A stretch of DNA of 10,080 bases. It comes from Bacteroidia bacterium. GTDB lineage: Bacteria; Bacteroidota; Bacteroidia; M30B66. Positions within the stretch are counted from its first letter, which is position 1; every line of letters starts with the position of its first letter. The notes under the pieces were generated by a model that saw nothing but the letters and a program-made list of their open reading frames with translations, did no database searches and was not told the DNA's origin. Made by a program: the position numbers and the translations under genes. The DNA lies in assembly GCA_965279035.1 (NCBI GenBank), contig CBDIHM010000002.1, forward strand, positions 1 through 10,080, read 5' to 3'. This document shows, piece after piece, positions 1 through 10,080 of this stretch.

Positions 1-607
1 ACTCTATCTAGATAATAAATTATCTGAGACATCTCAATTTATCACTTTACATTCAGCAGGTACAGGCTACCTACGAAATAATACCTCAAATGAGATCTTG
101 ATTTCGGGCAAGCCCTTCCCTTATGGCTACATATAGGCGGAAACGCCAAATCGGCAGAAACACAAACCTATATTATTAGCTAATTACACCATTAAAAGAG
201 ATTTCTCTCAGATAATAATGCAACCAACAGTTAGAATTGCACAATGCGAGACATAATGCTCGCAAAGGCTACGTATTAGTTTTATAAAGCATAGACTCTA
301 ATAGAATTTATGCTTGATGCTATAAAACATATTCGTAGAGGGATAGGATAAGGTTTAAGCTCATAATTACATTGTAATATATGAGTTCAAGGGACCGAAA
401 TAAACTTTATGTGATGCTCCTGGAAGGATTATTCGAGACTCACATTATGTATATGGAAATGCTTCTTAGCCCCCTTAATCCGAGGATTAAGTCATACTAA
501 GAGGAACAACATCATAGGGACCAATGCTTATAACGAACGCACACAACCATTTGAATCAAAATTTAAATCGATTTTTAAAACCTTGAAAAAAAATCATCAT
601 CTCCCTT
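1..607 (-). other. 5' ETS of the adjacent rDNA unit (partial; same sequence as 9142-9748)
   Basis: Matches 9142-9748 by eye. Hairpins at ~279-328, 360-386 and 464-502. Confidence 0.6.
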
Positions 608-691
608 ATAATACGCTCTCACGTAAAGTGAGGCTTTTTAATTTTAATTAAAACCAGATTGAATTTTGGCCGAAAAATTTTTTTTAAGTTG
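598..691 (-). promoter_or_regulatory. Candidate RNA polymerase I core promoter/initiator (second copy at 9739-9832)
   Basis: The minus strand reads GCGTATTATAAGGGAG (616-601), like the TATA-then-G-run initiators of Pol I genes (plant TATATAGGG). It lies ~710 nt upstream of the 18S, where the hairpin-rich sequence gives way to very AT-rich spacer. This is inference only. Confidence 0.4.
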
Positions 692-1170
692 TGGCTATCT
701 CATCATATCTATGTTAGATATGGTACTTAAGTGGTCATAGATCCACTCAAGAAATTTAATTTAAGATCCTCTAAGATACACTTAAAAATTTATTTTCAAT
801 TTTTCTCCAGCTTTTACCTCTCGATTTAAACAATAAACAACTTCTATATTAATAACTAGAGCAGGACTATCTATATTCATAGATAGTTAGAAGAGGGTGG
901 CAGAATTTATGAACTTATTCATTTAAATATTTTCTCTCAAAAAACATGAATTATAAGAGCTATTGAAAACAGATCATATTAAAAGTCTTTTCCATAGTTA
1001 TTAATCATCGAATATAATCAAATTATAAAATTAAAAGTGGTATTTGAGGTTTTTATGAAAGTTAGAAAATATGGATAATAGAACCACAGAACTAGTGGGG
1101 ATATATGTTTCAATATCTAATTATGATGTTTTTATAGGTTCTAGATCATCAACTGTTTAGGAAATAAGTT

Positions 1171-2643
1171 TTTGAAAAAAAAAAATCATCACGAATACTT
1201 TTTTTTTTGTCACGAATACTTTTTTTTTCGCTACGAATACTTTTTTTTGAGTTACGAATACTGCACTGTATCTTACGAACAAAACCATCTCAGCACAAAA
1301 CCAAACTTTCTTGATTATGGTCATATCTTAACATGGAAGGTATATATGAGGTATAGACTTGTTGGGGATGACTGCTAGCAGTCTTTAATCCATATATAAT
1401 TGAAGTTAAAATATTTTTTCATATCTTCTTGATATCCCATCTCTGTGCACAAATTACTATGCTGGCACATTTCGTAAGCAAAAGTTCTTATTCTAGATCG
1501 ACAAAAATTTTGAAAAAAAAAATCATCACGAATACTTTTTTTTTTGTCACGAATACTTTTTTTTTCGCTACGAATACTTTTTTTTGAGTTACGAATACTG
1601 CACTGTATCTTACGAACAAAACCATCTCAGCACAAAACCAAACTTTTTTTATTATTGTCATATCTCAACAGGGACAACAGAATCTTGATGAGTACCACTT
1701 AGGGATGACTCCTATCCTCCTTTCATACTCATGAAAATGAAATTTCTTGAAATTTTATTGTTCGCCCAAGGATTTCTTCTCTGTGCACCAAACTCTATGC
1801 TGTAACTATTCGTCGACTCTTGGTTTTGTTCTATAATCACAAAAATTTGAAAAAAAAAAATCGTCACGAATACTTTTTTTTTTGTCACGAATACTATTTT
1901 TTTCGACACGAATACTTTTTTTTGAGTTACGAATACTGCACTGTATCTTACGAACAAAACCATCTCAGCACAAAACCAAACTTTTCTTATTATTGTCATA
2001 TCTCAACAGGGACAACAGAATCTTAGTGAGTACCAATTAGGGATGACTCCTAGCCTCCTTCCATACTCTTGAGGATGAAATTTCTAGAAATTTTAATCTT
2101 CGCCCAAGGATTTGTTCTCTGTGCACCAAATTATATGCTGGAACTATTCGTCGACTCGTGGCTTTGTTCTAAAATCACAAAAATTTAAAAAAAAAAATCA
2201 TCACGAATACTTTTTTTTTTGTCACGAATACTTTTTTTTTCGACACGAATACTTTTTTTTGAGTTACGAATAGTGCACTGTATCTTACGAACAAAACCAT
2301 CTCAGCACAAAACCAACTTTCTTGATTATGGTCCTAAGATTTTAAAAACAGCATATATGAGAAGTATATGACATGGTGATCATAACTTACCCTCATATAT
2401 AACATTAAGGATAAAATTTATTGAATCATCAATTTTATCCAACAACTCTTCTCTGTCCACCAAACTCTATGCTGGAACTATTCGACGACTCGTGGCTTTG
2501 TTCTAAAATCACAAAAATTTGAAAAAAAAAATCATCTCGAATACTTTTTTTTTTGCTACGAATACTTTTTTTTTCGCTACGAATACTTTTTTTTGACTTA
2601 CGAATACAGCACTGTATCTTACGAACAAAACCATTTCAGCACA
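1171..2643. repeat. IGS subrepeat family A: five ~138-bp cassettes at 334-338 bp period, each with five 21-bp-spaced ACGAA(TAC) boxes
   Basis: Cassettes at ~1171-1309, 1509-1646, 1846-1984, 2184-2320 and 2518-2643. First boxes are at 1191, 1528, 1866, 2203 and 2537. Confidence 0.97.
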
Positions 2644-2982
2644 GATTATATCTCTTGAAATACTAATCACCTTCACATAAGACCTGCACAGGAGTGATGA
2701 GGAGACCATGGAGATGAAGAATATCAAGGTTGTATGAGATTTGAAGAAAACTTATTTTTTCGTCTTTAAAATTATTACATTTGATGAATTTCATAAAAAC
2801 ATAATCCTCACATTTTTAGAAAAAACAAAATTTCAGAAATCAAATAAATCGAAGTTTCTTCTTTCTCTCTCCATCCCACCAATTCCGAGTCTATACCTTG
2901 TTATCATGCTATATTGAGAGTTTATATTCCCATAGAATCGATTGAAGTCCCCATTCTCTTGGTTTTGTTTAAGAATTATATA

Positions 2983-3214
2983 AAAAATTACTAAGTCCTC
3001 AGAAACTCCTCACTTAATACCCAAAATTTTCTAAGTCCTCAGAAACTCCTCACTTAATATCGAAAATTTTCTAAGTCCTCAGAAACTCCTCACTTAAATT
3101 CTAAAATTTATAAGTCCTCAGAAACTCCTCACTTAACATCGTAAATTTTCTAAGTCCTCAGAAACTCCTCACTTGTCAAGAAAAATTTTCTAAGTCCCCA
3201 GATACTCCTCACTT
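2983..3214. repeat. IGS subrepeat family B: six tandem ~40-bp units with core CTAAGTCCTCAGAAACTCCTCACTT
   Basis: Cores start at 2991, 3031, 3071, 3110, 3150 and 3190, the last with two substitutions. A degenerate orphan CCAAGTTTCTCAGAAACTCCTCAC sits at 3305-3328. Confidence 0.97.
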
Positions 3215-3475
3215 GTCTGAGTGAAATGCCAAAAATTTCATGCGATGAGCCTAGCATAGAACTCAAGCACAAAGCTCATAGCACATTATATTTCATAATT
3301 TTCTCCAAGTTTCTCAGAAACTCCTCACAATTCTCTTCGACCATGTCCTTGCCTATTCACCCACAAGCCAGCCAGATTCATTCGCCTGTGTTTTCCTCTT
3401 GTTATTTTTATTACATTTTTTTCCTGCTAAGTGGTCTAAAAGTAACCCCTGAAGATGTTTATAGGAAAGGATGGT

Positions 3476-6842
<3,367 letters not shown>

Positions 6843-7018
6843 AAAAAAAGGAGTAAATGAAAATAAGTGTATTAAATTGATATTCCTTTAAAAATGAGTT
6901 CACATTAAATGTGACTACTTCATTTTTGTATGGAGATACCATACACTTTCTTATTTAATGAGAGAATTTTAATTAAAAAACTCAATCACATTCAAATTGA
7001 TGATTTGAAGTTCTCCAC
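6843..7018 (-). other. ITS2 (~175 nt, AT-rich)
   Basis: Lies between the 5.8S 3' end and the 28S 5' end (TACACCTGAAATCAAGCAAG). Confidence 0.92.
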
Positions 7019-7162
7019 ACACACTGAAACAAACATGCTATAAATAGCGCCAATTGCGTTCAAAGATCAGATGTCTCGCGGTTCTGCTATTCGCATTGCG
7101 TATCGCATTTCGCTGCGTTCTTCATCGATATGGGAACCCAGATATCCATCGTTGAAAATTTT
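7019..7162 (-). rRNA. 5.8S: 5.8S rRNA gene
   Basis: The minus strand reads AAAATTTTCAACGATGGATATCTGGGTTCCCATATCGATGAAGAACGCAGCGAAATGCGATACGCAATGCGAA...CTTTGAACGCA...GCATGTTTGTTTCAGTGT, including the conserved GATGAAGAACGCAGC motif. Ends are accurate to a few nt. Confidence 0.97.
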
Positions 7163-9035
<1,873 letters not shown>

Positions 9036-9748
9036 ACTACCTCAGAATCAAATCTCTTGATTAACATATAAATATGAATAAAAAAGTGATCGACCTGTGT
9101 GTAGTGAATTAAGGTTCACTCAAGAACAAAAATGATAAACGACTCTATCTAGATAATAAATTATCTGAGACATCTCAATTTATCACTTTACATTCAGCAG
9201 GTACAGGCTACCTACGAAATAATACCTCAAATGAGATCTTGATTTCGGGCAAGCCCTTCCCTTATGGCTACATATAGGCGGAAACGCCAAATCGGCAGAA
9301 ACACAAACCTATATTATTAGCTAATTACACCATTAAAAGAGATTTCTCTCAGATAATAATGCAACCAACAGTTAGAATTGCACAATGCGAGACATAATGC
9401 TCGCAAAGGCTACGTATTAGTTTTATAAAGCATAGACTCTAATAGAATTTATGCTTGATGCTATAAAACATATTCGTAGAGGGATAGGATAAGGTTTAAG
9501 CTCATAATTACATTGTAATATATGAGTTCAAGGGACCGAAATAAACTTTATGTGATGCTCCTGGAAGGATTATTCGAGACTCACATTATGTATATGGAAA
9601 TGCTTCTTAGCCCCCTTAATCCGAGGATTAAGTCATACTAAGAGGAACAACATCATAGGGACCAATGCTTATAACGAACGCACACAACCATTTGAATCAA
9701 AATTTAAATCGATTTTTAAAACCTTGAAAAAAAATCATCATCTCCCTT
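9036..9748 (-). other. 5' external transcribed spacer (upstream boundary inferred)
   Basis: Directly upstream of the 18S and rich in stem-loops. The upstream end is placed at the candidate initiator GTATTATAAGGGAG, giving ~710 nt. Confidence 0.6.
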
Positions 9749-10080
9749 ATAATACGCTCTCACGTAAAGTGAGGCTTTTTAATTTTAATTAAAACCAGAT
9801 TGAATTTTGGCCGAAAAATTTTTTTTAAGTTGTGGCTATCTCATCATATCTATGTTAGATATGGTACTTAAGTGGTCATAGATCCACTCAAGAAATTTAA
9901 TTTAAGATCCTCTAAGATACACTTAAAAATTTATTTTCAATTTTTCTCCAGCTTTTACCTCTCGATTTAAACAATAAACAACTTCTATATTAATAACTAG
10001 AGCAGGACTATCTATATTCATAGATAGTTAGAAGAGGGTGGCAGAATTTATGAACTTATTCATTTAAATATTTTCTCTCA
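9142..10080 (+). repeat. Direct repeat of positions 1-939, defining a 9141-bp rDNA unit
   Basis: ACTCTATCTAGATAATAAAT starts at 1 and 9142, and TTTCTCTCA ends at 939 and 10080. No differences were found by eye. Confidence 0.97.

Larger units (their letters stand above)
608..3475. other. Intergenic spacer (3' ETS plus non-transcribed spacer)
   Basis: AT-rich region between the 28S 3' end and the inferred start of the next unit. It contains two subrepeat families. Confidence 0.85.

Noticed and set aside
626-633. AAGTGAGG near the promoter, an inverted match to CCTCACTT of the 40-bp repeat
   Set aside because: An 8-nt match is expected by chance over this much sequence.
1172-2727. ORFs 1172-1378, 1712-1999, 1820-2026 and 2509-2727 with HEYFFF / KKVFV repeats
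   Set aside because: They are by-products of the 21-bp (7-codon) periodicity of the spacer cassettes. They occur on both strands, are low-complexity and mostly lack ATG starts. If the host is a peniculine ciliate (TAA/TAG = Gln), the track also used the wrong genetic code.
2991-3214. CRISPR-like look of the 25-nt core plus variable spacer
   Set aside because: Spacers are only ~15 nt and half-conserved (AAATTT), the repeat is not palindromic, there are no cas genes, and the context is a eukaryotic rDNA spacer.
608-3475. Linked 5S rRNA, tRNA or telomeric repeats in the spacer
   Set aside because: I could not recognise 5S or tRNA internal promoter boxes and structure, or any C4A2/C3A3 runs.

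Overview
The window holds one complete eukaryotic nuclear rDNA repeat unit of 9141 bp, transcribed on the minus strand. Its order is 5' ETS, 18S (9035-7305), ITS1, 5.8S (~7162-7019), ITS2 and 28S (~6842-3476), followed by an AT-rich intergenic spacer of about 2.9 kb. Bases 1-939 recur as 9142-10080, so this is a head-to-tail array or a circle. The 18S/5.8S signatures point to an oligohymenophorean ciliate, probably a peniculine (Paramecium/Frontonia-like). I see no credible protein gene, group I intron, R2 insertion or 5S gene. The interest lies in the spacer. First, five ~138-bp cassettes recur every 334-338 bp, each with five ACGAA(TAC) boxes exactly 21 bp apart, and the linkers between them keep their length but not their sequence. 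Second, a 40-bp array just downstream of the 28S end carries near-copies of the Tetrahymena rDNA topoisomerase I hexadecamer. Third, a candidate Pol I start near 607 shares a motif with the cassette ends.
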